Assembly: GCA_905233585.1 (NCBI GenBank)
Contig: CAJOFD010000007.1
Span: 6,684 to 70,683, forward strand
Reading direction: 5' to 3'
Length of the DNA stretch: 64,000 nucleotides
DNA from: an uncultured Bacteroidales bacterium
Lineage (GTDB): Bacteria; Bacteroidota; Bacteroidia; Bacteroidales; WCHB1-69
In this document: positions 15,839 through 27,500 of the stretch, piece by piece
How positions within the stretch are numbered: position 1 is the stretch's first letter
Layout: the number at the start of each line of letters is the position of its first letter
The notes under the pieces: model-generated
What the model saw: the letters and a program-made list of their open reading frames with translations, nothing else
The model's database searches: none
What the model was told of the DNA's origin: nothing
Program-made: the position numbers and the translations under genes

Positions 15839-17098
15839 ATGAATAAACATACCATTCTGACTTCAATTTTATTTGTCATATGCTTGGCTTTGACATTGCC
15901 CATGTTCGGTCAGGCAAAAAAAACAGGTAAAAAAGGTTCTGTACAGACAGACCCCACACTGATAAGTGAAGACAAGTTGCCTGAAGCGGTACTCAAATCC
16001 TTCAAAAAAAGATACTCCACCGCTATCAATCCGCAATGGCACCACTCCGAAACGGATACCACCTACGTGGTAAATTGTGAGGTAAGAAATGCTGCCACCG
16101 AAATCATCTTTGGTCAATCAGGCTGGTTTGTAGCCTCCTCCGAAGAGGTTGCCCCGGACAAACTGCTGTCTGCCTGCTACAAAACATTAGATATGTATTG
16201 CGAAAAATACAAAACCATATCTGCATACAAAATCACACGTGCAGACAAAGAAAATTATTTTTTGGTGAATGTGCTCCAACAAAAAGACAATAAAAGTCAG
16301 AAAATAACCAAAGTATATTTGGACAAATCTGGACGTTTGATAAGAATAGAAGAACCTGACAATTCCTCCAATGAAGAAGACGAAGATGCTGTTTTGTCCA
16401 AAGAAGACAAAAAAATGAACAAAGCTTACGAAAAAGACAGACGTATGGATATTTATCCCGTCAAAATCTCAAGCGGAGAACTTCCGGGGACCATACAACG
16501 CTGGGTGGACAAAAACTATCCTGACTATGTGTATAAAAAAATAGACTACAAAGAAGTTGAAGAATTTGAAAAAGAAGGTCGTATATACGAAATACTCGTT
16601 CAACGCGGTGGCATCAACCAACCCTATGCAACCATTTGGTTTACACGTGACGGTAACTTTTTAAAATTAGAAGATAATTTCAAAAAAGAAGCAAAAAAAG
16701 AAGAACCTGCCCCCATTGAAGCCCCCAAACCTCAAATAACAGAAGCTGTCAAACAAGCGTTTGCAGAAAAATATCCGACAATTGCATCTGTAGAATGGCA
16801 ATTGAGTGATGATGAAACATGGATAGGTGTTTATTCCGACAAATATGGCAAAAATTTCGCGGAATACTCTTCGCAAGCCTCATGGATACGCACACGCACA
16901 CAAATGGACTACACTAAAGTGCCTTACGCCGTGCGGACAGCAGCAGAATCATCTTGTCCCAAATGCGAGATAAAAGCAGCATACAAGGTTTTAGACCCTG
17001 ATGTTACGAAACCTTATTATACAATTGTTTTGTACAATAAAAAAACAAAATCTTCCCAAGAAATCAATTTGCTTCAAACAGGAAAACCTAAAGACTAA
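15839..17098 (+). CDS. Periplasmic PepSY-like (BLIP-like) repeat protein
   Basis: The signal peptide is MNKHTILTSILFVICLALTLPMFGQ. Repeated units of the type LPEAVLKSFKKRYSTAINPQWH and ITEAVKQAFAEKYPTIASVEWQ are typical of Bacteroidetes PepSY-like proteins. Confidence 0.55.
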   Translation: MNKHTILTSILFVICLALTLPMFGQAKKTGKKGSVQTDPTLISEDKLPEAVLKSFKKRYSTAINPQWHHSETDTTYVVNCEVRNAATEIIFGQSGWFVASSEEVAPDKLLSACYKTLDMYCEKYKTISAYKITRADKENYFLVNVLQQKDNKSQKITKVYLDKSGRLIRIEEPDNSSNEEDEDAVLSKEDKKMNKAYEKDRRMDIYPVKISSGELPGTIQRWVDKNYPDYVYKKIDYKEVEEFEKEGRIYEILVQRGGINQPYATIWFTRDGNFLKLEDNFKKEAKKEEPAPIEAPKPQITEAVKQAFAEKYPTIASVEWQLSDDETWIGVYSDKYGKNFAEYSSQASWIRTRTQMDYTKVPYAVRTAAESSCPKCEIKAAYKVLDPDVTKPYYTIVLYNKKTKSSQEINLLQTGKPKD

Positions 17099-17103
17099 AC
17101 TTG

Positions 17104-18933
17104 ATGAAAAGCCTTGAGTTGCTGGCACCTGCCAAAGATATGGCTACAGCAATTTGTGCTATCAACCATGGTGCAGACGCTGTCTATATGGGTTGTGAAC
17201 AATTTGGTGCAAGACAAAATGCAAACAATGCCATTAAAGATATAGAACAAGTGGTAAACTATGCCCACCGCTATCATGCTCGCGTGCATATTACCATGAA
17301 TACGATTCTTTTTGATGACGAATTGCAAAAGGCTTACCGTTTGGCAAATCAATTGTATAACATAGGTGTTGATGCTCTTATTGTTCAAGATATGGCTCTA
17401 TTGAACATGAATTTGCCCCCTATAGCCATTCATGCAAGCACCCAAATGAACAATGTCGATATTGAAAAAATAAAATTTTACAAACAATTGGGCATCAATA
17501 GAGTCATTTTGGCTCGCGAATTGCCTTTAGCACAGATCCAACAAATTGCCAACGAGGTTGATATTGACTTGGAGTGTTTTGTTCATGGTTCTCTTTGTGT
17601 TTGTTATAGCGGACAATGTTATATGAGTTACTTTTTAGGCAATAGAAGTGCCAACAGAGGAGCCTGTGCGCAACCTTGCCGTTTGCCATACAACTTATAC
17701 GACTCTGACGGAAATCTGCTCATGGAAAACAAACATCTGCTATCGTTAAAAGATATGTGCCGAATAGACTGTCTGCATGATATGATAAAAGCCGGCATTT
17801 CTTCCTTTAAAATAGAAGGCAGACTTAAAGACCAAACCTACGTAGCCAATGTCGTCGGAGTATACAGAATGCAGTTGGATAATATTTTGAGCAATAATCC
17901 TCAATACACAAAATCATCATTGGGAAAAGTTTATTTCGATTTTGTCCCTGATGTAGAAAAAACATTCAACAGAGGCTATACTTCTTATTTTCTATACAAT
18001 ACAAGAGAAAAAATTGCACAAATCAATACCCCGAAATCCATGGGAAAATATGTGGGAAAAGTAAAACAAAGGATTGGAAATACTTTTTTTGTTGAAACGG
18101 AAAAACAACTTTCCAACGGTGACGGATTGTGCTGGTTTGATGAAAAGAATGTTTTACAAGGTACAAATATTAGTGGTATCGAAAAACAAAATTGGATAAA
18201 AACCACCAAAGACAAATGCCCTGCCATTGGAACAAAAATTTATATGAACTATGACAAACAATTTTTTGAACTACTCAAAAAAGAACAATCTCAAAGGAAA
18301 ATCAGTACAACTATTTGTTTCTTTTCTGAAAACGGAATTTTTAGCATAAGCCTAACTGATGAAAACGGCAATGTTTCAATGGTTGAAATAGGCAAAGGTT
18401 TTCAAGTGGCACAAAATCCTGAAAAATGCAGACAAAATATTGAAAACCAACTAAAAAAATCGGGCGGAACTATTTTTGAAGTTTTACAGGTAAATATCAC
18501 CTCCTCACTAATTCCTTTTATCCCTTTGGCTCTTTTGAATGAAAAAAGGCGACAATTATTAACTCAACACGAAAACCTATTGATAGGCTCTCATAAAAAA
18601 GAGATAAGAAACGCTCCCGCAAAAAATATTGAAATATATTCTACAACAGCCGATTACACATGGAATATCAGCAACCGACAAGCAGAAGAATTTTATCGGA
18701 AACAAGGTGTCAATATTCTTGAACAGGCATGGGAATGTCAAAGCAGACAACAACAAAAAATAGTGATGAAAACCAAATATTGCCTTAGATTTCAATTGGA
18801 TATGTGTCTCAAAAACAATCCGACAAGACAAAAGAAACTATACATGGCATACAATGACAACTATTTTTGTCTTGATTTCAATTGCCGAAACTGTGAAATG
18901 TTGATAAAACCTATTGATAAAATTGATAAATAA
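17104..18933 (+). CDS. Peptidase U32 family protein
   Basis: Family motifs are LELLAPAKD..GADAVYMGCEQFGAR and ECFVHGSLCVCYSGQCYMS..RSANRGACAQPCR. Confidence 0.85.
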   Translation: MKSLELLAPAKDMATAICAINHGADAVYMGCEQFGARQNANNAIKDIEQVVNYAHRYHARVHITMNTILFDDELQKAYRLANQLYNIGVDALIVQDMALLNMNLPPIAIHASTQMNNVDIEKIKFYKQLGINRVILARELPLAQIQQIANEVDIDLECFVHGSLCVCYSGQCYMSYFLGNRSANRGACAQPCRLPYNLYDSDGNLLMENKHLLSLKDMCRIDCLHDMIKAGISSFKIEGRLKDQTYVANVVGVYRMQLDNILSNNPQYTKSSLGKVYFDFVPDVEKTFNRGYTSYFLYNTREKIAQINTPKSMGKYVGKVKQRIGNTFFVETEKQLSNGDGLCWFDEKNVLQGTNISGIEKQNWIKTTKDKCPAIGTKIYMNYDKQFFELLKKEQSQRKISTTICFFSENGIFSISLTDENGNVSMVEIGKGFQVAQNPEKCRQNIENQLKKSGGTIFEVLQVNITSSLIPFIPLALLNEKRRQLLTQHENLLIGSHKKEIRNAPAKNIEIYSTTADYTWNISNRQAEEFYRKQGVNILEQAWECQSRQQQKIVMKTKYCLRFQLDMCLKNNPTRQKKLYMAYNDNYFCLDFNCRNCEMLIKPIDKIDK

Positions 18934-18957
18934 GAAACAAAAACAATCAGACATTTT

Positions 18958-20505
18958 TTAGTCCTTGACCGCTTGATAACGGTCTTCTCTAAAAATATCA
19001 CTTTTGTTTATCGGGCGGAAATCGGCTAACCAAATAAAATTGGACAACAAAGGCAAAGTCAATTCATTTTCAGGATACATATTGCCTTTTACGTTTTTGT
19101 ACATTCTTATCATACTCACCTGATTGTCTTCAAAAAAAATCCGCATTTGCGAAGAAGTGGATTTTTGTATGCCAACCAAATCGCCATTGTCTTCTTGTAC
19201 ATAATAAATACATTCTGCATTGGCATCAATAAAAACTTGTTGTATCTTGTTGTTTTGAAAATCCAACCACATGTTTATTCCTTTTATCTGGTTGAATTTT
19301 TCTTGTTCAAAAACATCGGCAAAGATAGATGCATTCATAATAAATTGCATATTGCTGATTTCCTGATTTTTGATATACAATTTGACAGTATCGGCTTTCA
19401 TTTGGTTTTTGTCAGACCACAACACAGGATTACCTATAAGATAAATAACTGAATCCAAAGCATCGTATGCCAAAGAATCGCAAACCCCTTGCAAATCTTC
19501 CCGAAAAAACCGCACATTGTAATAGGCTTGAATAGACTGTATTTCCTGTGCCGTATCAAATGCCAACCACATTTCCTGCCCATGCACAAACAAACTGTCA
19601 TTGTTTTCAATCAATACGGCCACGGCACTGTCTATCAGATAGGCATACCCTTTTTGTTGTTGATATTCAGCATAATGTCCCGAAAAGAGCGTATTTTGCG
19701 TACTATCTGAAATCAAAACATTTCTTCTGGCAATTCCCATATCATTGTCTCTATCAAACCAAATCGTATCTGCCTGCAAACATTGTGTATGATTATATAG
19801 TTTGGCATGTTTTTCAAATTGACAAACATTATTGAAGGTATTGTACCAACCATATTCACAAGTTATAAAATTGTCTTCCGATTGTATTAATGTTGGTCCC
19901 AAAAAATAAGCAATTTCACTCTGCGTATTATACATCAAAGTATCCGAATGCACCACATATTGTGGAGTTGTCAAAACTACACTGTCTTTGAAATACACTT
20001 CGCTTGTCTGGGTATAATACCATCCTTGCACACTTTCAAGTGTACTATTACCGCTCACCAATCTTCCATGCGTATTATAAAAACCGACATCGGCAATTCT
20101 ATCGTAAATCAATTTATCTGTATAAAGAGAAGTATTGCCATTGGTTAAAACAACGGTGTCTTTTGTAATAACGGCTTGTTTTGTATTTCCATTGTATATC
20201 AAATGATTGCCGAAAAGAATAACAGAATCGTTGATATGAATATTCAAATTTTTTCCAAAGGCTTCAATAAGATTTTGTTTTTCATGAAAATAAGCCGTAT
20301 CGCAATAGCCAATTGCTCCTTCATGAGAAAACTCGACATTTCCATACAAAATTTGCACATTGGGTTTTATTTCAGCATCATATACAAGCCGTTGAGCAGT
20401 ACATTCTATCTTTTTGGCAGACGTATTTTCTTGCCCCAACAAATAGGGGACAAAACTGATTGGACAAACTAATATAACTATAAAAAAAACTATTTTTCTC
20501 ATCAT
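18958..20505 (-). CDS. OstA/LptA-like domain protein (envelope)
   Basis: 515 aa with a signal peptide. The N-terminal region (YGNVEFSHEGAIGYCDTAYFHEKQNLIEAFGKNLNIH..) resembles the OstA-like fold pattern. Confidence 0.45.
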   Translation of the reverse strand: MMRKIVFFIVILVCPISFVPYLLGQENTSAKKIECTAQRLVYDAEIKPNVQILYGNVEFSHEGAIGYCDTAYFHEKQNLIEAFGKNLNIHINDSVILFGNHLIYNGNTKQAVITKDTVVLTNGNTSLYTDKLIYDRIADVGFYNTHGRLVSGNSTLESVQGWYYTQTSEVYFKDSVVLTTPQYVVHSDTLMYNTQSEIAYFLGPTLIQSEDNFITCEYGWYNTFNNVCQFEKHAKLYNHTQCLQADTIWFDRDNDMGIARRNVLISDSTQNTLFSGHYAEYQQQKGYAYLIDSAVAVLIENNDSLFVHGQEMWLAFDTAQEIQSIQAYYNVRFFREDLQGVCDSLAYDALDSVIYLIGNPVLWSDKNQMKADTVKLYIKNQEISNMQFIMNASIFADVFEQEKFNQIKGINMWLDFQNNKIQQVFIDANAECIYYVQEDNGDLVGIQKSTSSQMRIFFEDNQVSMIRMYKNVKGNMYPENELTLPLLSNFIWLADFRPINKSDIFREDRYQAVKD

Positions 20506-21260
20506 TACAAATCATGAATAGATTTTCTTTTTCCCAAATGCAAGGTTAAAAATCCTGTCAAAAGCACATATTGTTTAGGGGCATACATCATTTTTTCTAC
20601 AGGCAAAGCATATACATCAACGGCAACACCCATATCCATTTTCAAGACAAAATTGTCATTGGAAGAAAAATCAAAACTAAACCCAGTTTTAGCATAAAGC
20701 CCGGGATGAAATTTTATTTTTTTTATTCCGCTAAAAAACGGAGCCTTGCTTTCTATCATATCGATATATGTCTCTTCGGTATATTGTTCTGTTTTTATGT
20801 CCATTACCGCCTGTCCATTGCTATTATAATAAATATAATACACATTTACAAAAACAGGAATAGATACCCCTAAGGAAAATCCGCCATAAAAAAAGTACCC
20901 GAATTCTACTCCTCCATTATAAGGACGAGTGTTCAAAATGCGGGTACAGCCATAACCTCCACGAAGTAAGAAAAAATAATTTTTTTTGCCCAACACAAAA
21001 TTATTTAATCTTTGTTCTTTAAAATGGCGATAAAAAGTCCATTCCATATCAAAACCATGCTGTAATTTAATAGACTTTATTTTTTCTATTCTTGCACCAA
21101 CACCTATACCATTGGTATGTAGGGACAAAAACATATCCCACTGACGAATTTTTAATGTCTGTGTTTCTGGTTCCCCAATATCTATCTCTTGCGAAAATAT
21201 TGGGAGACAAAACATCGACAATAAAATTATCATTGCCGATTTTTTAACAAAATTCCGCAT
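20505..21260 (-). CDS. Hypothetical outer-membrane beta-barrel-like protein
   Basis: 251 aa with the signal peptide MRNFVKKSAMIILLSMFCLPIFSQ. It has aromatic/Gly-rich alternating segments, and its stop overlaps the downstream start by 1 nt. Confidence 0.4.
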   Translation of the reverse strand: MRNFVKKSAMIILLSMFCLPIFSQEIDIGEPETQTLKIRQWDMFLSLHTNGIGVGARIEKIKSIKLQHGFDMEWTFYRHFKEQRLNNFVLGKKNYFFLLRGGYGCTRILNTRPYNGGVEFGYFFYGGFSLGVSIPVFVNVYYIYYNSNGQAVMDIKTEQYTEETYIDMIESKAPFFSGIKKIKFHPGLYAKTGFSFDFSSNDNFVLKMDMGVAVDVYALPVEKMMYAPKQYVLLTGFLTLHLGKRKSIHDL

Positions 21261-21459
21261 AAAAACCCTACACTACAATCAAACTAAAGAGTTGCTGTTT
21301 CTGATACAGTATCAACTGCTTGTGTATATATTGGACAACGTTCATGGGTGTTGCAAGAAATGCAAACAACCGCGATGACCAACACCACAATGGCTATTAA
21401 TTTTTTCATTTCTGTACTTAATATTTTTTATAATTATAAAAATTTCTTGCAAAAAATAT

Positions 21460-21467
21460 TACCTTTG
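21460..21467 (+). promoter_or_regulatory. Bacteroidetes -7 promoter box (TACCTTTG)
   Basis: Matches TAnnTTTG and lies upstream of the ung ATG at 21504. Confidence 0.45.
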
Positions 21468-21503
21468 CATTCTAAACTGCAAAGATATATAAAAAAAACA
21501 TAT

Positions 21504-22190
21504 ATGGAAACAATTAATCCAAAAATTGAATCTTCGTGGAAAAATATTCTTATGCCCGCTTTTCAAACTCCAACATTTTTTGCCTTAAAACAATTCTTGT
21601 TGGAAGAAAAAAAGCACAACCTTGTTTTTCCTCCCAACAATTTAATATTCAATGCATTTCAACTCACTCCTTTTGATAAAGTCAAAGTTGTTTTGTTGGG
21701 ACAAGACCCCTATCACGATGTTGGACAAGCACATGGCTTGTGTTTTTCGGTACCCAATGGTATCGCTTTTCCCAAATCGCTGATAAATATTTTTAAAGAA
21801 TTGTCAAGCGATATAGGTTGTGCCGTTCCTCAAAGCGGCAATTTGGAAATGTGGGCCCAACAAGGCGTTTTGTTGCTCAACGCCACATTAACAGTAAGAG
21901 CACATCAGGCGGGTTCTCATCAAAACAAAGGCTGGGAAGAATTTACCGATTTTGTTATCAAAACCATTTCCGAACAAAAACAAGGGGTTGTTTTTCTGCT
22001 TTGGGGTAAATATGCCCAAAACAAAGAATATCTTATTGATACCAATAAACATTATATTCTCAAAACCGTACACCCTTCTCCTTTATCTGCTTCAAGAGGA
22101 TTTTTTGGTTGCAAACACTTTTCTAAAACTAATGAGATTCTTATAAAACAAGGTCTTACACCTATTGAATGGGATTTGAACAAGCAATGA
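21504..22190 (+). CDS. ung: Uracil-DNA glycosylase
   Basis: Family motifs are VVLLGQDPYH..QAHGLCFSV, LLLNATLTV and HPSPLSA. The start at METINPKIESSW fits family length. Confidence 0.92.
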   Translation: METINPKIESSWKNILMPAFQTPTFFALKQFLLEEKKHNLVFPPNNLIFNAFQLTPFDKVKVVLLGQDPYHDVGQAHGLCFSVPNGIAFPKSLINIFKELSSDIGCAVPQSGNLEMWAQQGVLLLNATLTVRAHQAGSHQNKGWEEFTDFVIKTISEQKQGVVFLLWGKYAQNKEYLIDTNKHYILKTVHPSPLSASRGFFGCKHFSKTNEILIKQGLTPIEWDLNKQ

Positions 22191-23122
22191 CAAAAGTTTT
22201 AAAATATTGTGCGGCATGTTGGCATTTGTTTCGCGTAAATAATTTGATTATTATTATATTAACAGCATTTTTGCTGCAATATTTTCTCATTGTTCCCACT
22301 TTAATCAATTATGGTTACGATAATTGTTTTTCAACAATGGAATGGACTTGCTTTGTTGCAGGCATTGTTTTGATTGCAGCAGGAGGCAATTGTATAAACG
22401 ATTGTATGGACATTATCTCTGATATTGTAAACAAAAAGAAAAACAAAGTTATCGGACAAACAATCTCTTACAACAGAGGTATGATAATTTATTATATCAC
22501 CACCATTTCAGGACTTTTATTGTCCATTGTTCCAAGTTATGAAAAAAATATGCCATGGATTTTCATTTGCTTTTTATTATGTGCTTTGTTGTTATGGCAA
22601 TATTCTACGCTATGGAAAAAAAAATTACTGATTGGCAATTTATTCATTGCCATCTTAAGCAGTTGGGTGGTTTTTTTTCTGTTTTTGATACCTATCAATA
22701 TATTCAAAGGGATAAATGAAAATATAATTCAAGACTTTTATTTATTGATGTTTTGCTATGGAGGCTTAGCTTTTTTGTTTACCTTTATTAGAGAGTTGAT
22801 AAAAACAATGGAAGACGTGCGAGGCGATGCTCGTACACACTGTAGAACCATTGCTGTTGTGTGGGGAATAAAAAAAACAAAACAAATAACCTTGGCTTTT
22901 ATAGCAATTGCCATTATTACCCTATCTTTCATCACCATTATTTTGTTTGTTTATCAACATTTTTTCTTAGCAACTTATGCAGGATTGGGTTTAGTTTGCC
23001 CTACATGCCTGTTATTTTATGAAACGTCTATTATCAAAAACAGCAAAACTTGTCATAAACCAAGTCTTTTAAGCAAAATAATTATGCTATTGGGCATACT
23101 TTCCGCTGTTTTAGTCTATTGA
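22187..23122 (+). CDS. UbiA-family prenyltransferase
   Basis: A polytopic membrane protein with NCINDCMDIISD (NDxxDxxxD) and a second Asp-rich loop (MEDVRGD). Its ATGA overlaps the ung stop. Confidence 0.75.
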   Translation: MTKVLKYCAACWHLFRVNNLIIIILTAFLLQYFLIVPTLINYGYDNCFSTMEWTCFVAGIVLIAAGGNCINDCMDIISDIVNKKKNKVIGQTISYNRGMIIYYITTISGLLLSIVPSYEKNMPWIFICFLLCALLLWQYSTLWKKKLLIGNLFIAILSSWVVFFLFLIPINIFKGINENIIQDFYLLMFCYGGLAFLFTFIRELIKTMEDVRGDARTHCRTIAVVWGIKKTKQITLAFIAIAIITLSFITIILFVYQHFFLATYAGLGLVCPTCLLFYETSIIKNSKTCHKPSLLSKIIMLLGILSAVLVY

Positions 23123-23473
23123 TACTTTATATTTTCCCTAACAAAGAATATATAAAAAGATGGTATTCTCTATTCCAAAACTTCTGACGGTGTTATCAGA
23201 AGTATAGAATCTAGTCAATTATCTTTGAATCTAAATGCACCTATAGATGGAAAAGACGGGAAAAATAACAAAGGATAATATAAGTTAGTAAGTTATTTAA
23301 CATATAGGCAAATCATACTAATGCAAAATAAGTTAAATATAGGCCAAGGAAAGTGCTTTTTTCGATACTCCTGTTAATATTTTTTATAACTTTGCTTGTT
23401 GAATCTATAATCAACAAAAAAATTGTATCTTTGTATTTTGTTATTTATTTTTTTATAAAATCAAACAAAAGTT

Positions 23474-24577
23474 ATGTTGAAACAAAAACACATACTCATC
23501 TTGCTATTATGTATCCCTTTGTTTTTGTGGGGGCAATCAAAATATAGCAATGAATTTATGACATTAGGTGTTGGCGCTAAAGGATTGGCCTTGGCAAACA
23601 CACAAGTAGCCATGAGCAAAGATGTTACGTCTGGCTATTGGAATCCTGCAGGCTTGGGTTTTGTAGAAAAAAACTATCAATTATCTTTCATGCATGCAGA
23701 ATATTTTGCCAGTATTGCCAAATATGATTATGCTGCATTTTCTGCAAGAATAGACAAAAATCAAGCAATAGGACTTACCGTTTTACGATTTGGTGTAGAT
23801 GGCATTCCCAATACAACACAATTAATAGACAATCAAGGAAATATAAATTATGATAGAATTTCATATTTCACAGCTGCCGACTGGGGCATCTTGCTTTCTT
23901 ATGGCAGAACTTTTGCCCAAGTAGAAGGTTTATCTTTTGGAGCAAATGTAAAAGTTATTCGCAGACGTATCGGCAATTTTGCCGGAGCATGGGGATTCGG
24001 TTTAGATGCCGGATTGCAATACAGAATAAAAAAATGGTCTTTAGGGTTGGTTGTCAAAGATTTAACAAGTACATTCAATGCGTGGTCTTTTAATTTGAGC
24101 GAAGAAATGACAGAAGCCTTTATCAAAACAGGTAATTCTTTGCCAGAAAACGGATTGGAATATACTTTACCTCGTCTATTGTTCGGCTTTGGCAGAGATT
24201 TTAATTTAGGCAAAGGCTTTACTTTTATGGCCACTATGGATTTGGATATGAGTTTTGATGGAAAAAGAAATGAACTCATCAGTAGCAAAGTTTTAAATAT
24301 TGACCCCCACCTTGGAATAGAATTTGGCTTTAAAAATATTATTTTCATTCGCGGTGGCTTGGGCAATATGCAACTGGAACCGGATTTTGAAAACAAAAAA
24401 CATTTCACTTGTCAAGTCAATCTTGGTGTGGGAGTAAATATTAAAGATATTGTAACCATTGACTATGCTTTTTGTGATGTCGGCGATGTTTCCATGGCTT
24501 TGTATTCCAATATTTTTTCGCTGAAAATCATGATAAACAAATTTAAAAAAGAAAATAGTACCACTCAAAACTTTTAA
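23474..24577 (+). CDS. PorV/PorQ-family outer-membrane beta-barrel protein (T9SS-associated)
   Basis: 367 aa with a signal peptide. The N-terminal GVGAKGLALANTQVAMSKDVTSGYWNPAGLG is typical of the PorV/PorQ family. It lies directly upstream of a C25 peptidase gene. Confidence 0.6.
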   Translation: MLKQKHILILLLCIPLFLWGQSKYSNEFMTLGVGAKGLALANTQVAMSKDVTSGYWNPAGLGFVEKNYQLSFMHAEYFASIAKYDYAAFSARIDKNQAIGLTVLRFGVDGIPNTTQLIDNQGNINYDRISYFTAADWGILLSYGRTFAQVEGLSFGANVKVIRRRIGNFAGAWGFGLDAGLQYRIKKWSLGLVVKDLTSTFNAWSFNLSEEMTEAFIKTGNSLPENGLEYTLPRLLFGFGRDFNLGKGFTFMATMDLDMSFDGKRNELISSKVLNIDPHLGIEFGFKNIIFIRGGLGNMQLEPDFENKKHFTCQVNLGVGVNIKDIVTIDYAFCDVGDVSMALYSNIFSLKIMINKFKKENSTTQNF

Positions 24578-24583
24578 AATAAT

Positions 24584-27500
24584 ATGCTACTTTTAATAAA
24601 TAAAATAAAACCTTTTGTTGTTGCCACAATATTATTGTTTGCCACTTCAAATAGTTTTGGGCAAGTTTATGGCAATGAATGGATAAATTACAATAACACT
24701 TATCTTAAATTCCCTGTTATAACGACAGGTGCATATCGCATCAATTATGATGTTCTCAAAAACTCTTTGGCTGCCATTGGAGTGGATATTCAAACTATAA
24801 ATGCGAAAAACATCAGTATCTATGGACGAGGACAAGAAATTCCTCTTTACGTTTATGGCGAAAATGATAATAGTTTGGATTCTGGAGATTATATCGAATT
24901 TTTTGCACAAAAAAATGACGGGTGGTTTGATAACAAACTTTACAACAACAACCTTCAACACACCAATCCGTATTACAGCAATTTTACAGACACCGCTTAT
25001 TATTTTCTAACATGGAATAATTCGGCAGGACTTCGTTTCCGCATTGAAACGGACACAAATTTCTCTATGTATAATCCTCATAGTCATATTTTTGTTGAAA
25101 GAATTTTATCTTTCAATAGTTATTATAACCCTGGTCGATACAATAAAGCTCTTGGTATTAGTTTGTATAAAACCGCAGAAGGTTGGATGGACGGAGGTAT
25201 AAAACTAGGGAACAGCAGTACGAAAAGCATTCCAACATCAAACAGATACGCAATTTATCCGACAGCAACTATAGAATACGCTGTAGCGGGGACAAATTCT
25301 CCAACCTATCCCCATCATCTGCAGGTAGAAATTGGGAACGAAATATTAACAGATACGACTTGTGTCGGACAATACTATATGCGAGTAAAAAAAGAAGTAC
25401 CGACCTCGTTTTTCGGACCAAATACAACACCTTTAGTTTTCCGTTCCATCAATGACAAAGGAAACACAACTTCATATCAATCAGTGGTTTATATAAAATT
25501 AAAATATGCACATACTTTCTCTTTAGAAAGTGGGTCATCTTATAGTTTTTCAGCCAACAATCTTGCTGGAGCCAAGGCTTTGTTTTCGTTCACAAGTTAT
25601 ACTATTGGAACTCAATCAGATGATGAAGTTTTTCTCTTAGACCTAACCAACAATCTAAGAATCAAAGCAATAAAACAAGGATACAATATTAAAGCCCTTG
25701 TTCCAAATTACAACAATGAAATTAATTGCTTTTTAACCTCCACAGCAGCAACAAATATAGTTCCTACCCTTGTTCCTGTAAACAAAACAGGAAAATTTAC
25801 CAACCCACAAAATTTTTACAATACGGACTTTTTTATTGTTACCCACAAAAACTTTATATCTCAATGTCAAGACTATGCAAATTATCGCAATCGTTTATCT
25901 CCCTGTAAATATCACGCATTTGTTTTTGATGTTGGCGAACTTTACGATATGTTTGCTTACGGCATACGCAACAATCCCATTGCCATTCACAATCTGATAA
26001 AATACGCATACGAAACGTTTGATACATTACCCAAATATTTATTTTTGGTTGGTAGATCATATACAAGTTCTGCCGGAAGAAAAAATGCAGCAAGATTTAA
26101 TGAAACTTATGTTCCAACAATGGGTTCTGTACCTAGCGATTTTGCCATTACAATGGGATTAGGAGATACTGTTCACAATTTGTGTTTGCCCACAGGCCGA
26201 TTAAGCACATCGACAAACCAACACATATCATGGTATTTGGACAAAATCAGGACTTATGAGGCTGCTCAACAAACACCTCAAGCATGGATGAAACAAATCC
26301 TACATTTTGGAGGTGGATTTTCTGCAATAGAACAACAAACATTTGCTTCTTATCTTGAACATTGCCGACAAATAGCAGAAGGTCCCGCTTTTGGAGCAAA
26401 AGTTAGCACTTTCTTAAAAGTATCTTCTGACCCAATAGAAATAAATCTATCTGATTCATTGAGACATCTTATCAACAATGGTGTACAGATTATGACTTTT
26501 TTCGGACACGCTGGCGGTACTGGATTTGATGTCAGCGTAGATGACCCTGAAAATTATAACAATGATGGCAAATATTTTGTTGTATTGGGTAACGGCTGTT
26601 ATGCCGGAAATATTTTTGAAGGAAAAGACAACTATAGTGAAGCGTTTATCAACATTCCCAACAAAGGAGCAATAGCATATCTTTCTCCAGCAAGTACAGG
26701 CTCCAGTTCCATGCTGTTCCATACAAGCAGACATCTTTATACAGAATTCGCCAATAATAGTTATGGCGAATCACTTGGTTTTTGCTTGCAAAAAGCAATG
26801 AAATCTGTTACTGATGCATACGGGAAAGAAAATATGGATTATGTTTTGCACGGAGACCCTAGCATTAAACTTTCCCCTATTCCAAAACCCGATTTTGATA
26901 TAACCAATAGTGATGTATCTACAATACCTGATTTTGTCCGCACTGATGCAGATAGTTTTGACGTAGTGGCACATTTTTCTAATTTAGGCAAAGTTACCTT
27001 GGATTCATTTCTCGTTATTGCAGAAAGATTTTATCCAAATGGAACATCTGAAAAATTAAATAAAAGAGTGGTTTGCCAATCTTTTTCTACAGAAGTCAGG
27101 TTTAGATTTGCTGTAAAAAAATCTTTATCTTTAGGACAAAATCGTATCGTTATTTCCTTAGACGCATTGAATGAAATAGATGAAGTTAATAAAAACAATA
27201 ACACGGCATCAATTTCGTTTAACATAGTTTCTTCAGATGTTTTAGCGTCTTTCCCTTATAAATATGCAATTGTCCCCAACAACGAAATTTCGCTTATTGC
27301 TACATCTAATATCGAAAAAGGAGAACATTTTGTCTGTCTTTTTGAAATAGATACTTGCAATAGTTTCAATAGCCCGTTGAAAACACAAACAGAAATACCC
27401 AACAACACTGGTATTATTGAATGGAAACTGCCTTTTTCTTTAACAGACAGCACTGTTTATTATTGGAGAGTATGCAACAAAGATAAAGATACCATTATTT

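Noticed and set aside
23353-23547. 64-aa ORF overlapping the start of the PorV-like gene
   Set aside because: It is a hydrophobic low-complexity translation of the promoter/5' region. It overlaps promoter boxes at 23387-23394 and 23426-23433 and the true start at 23474.
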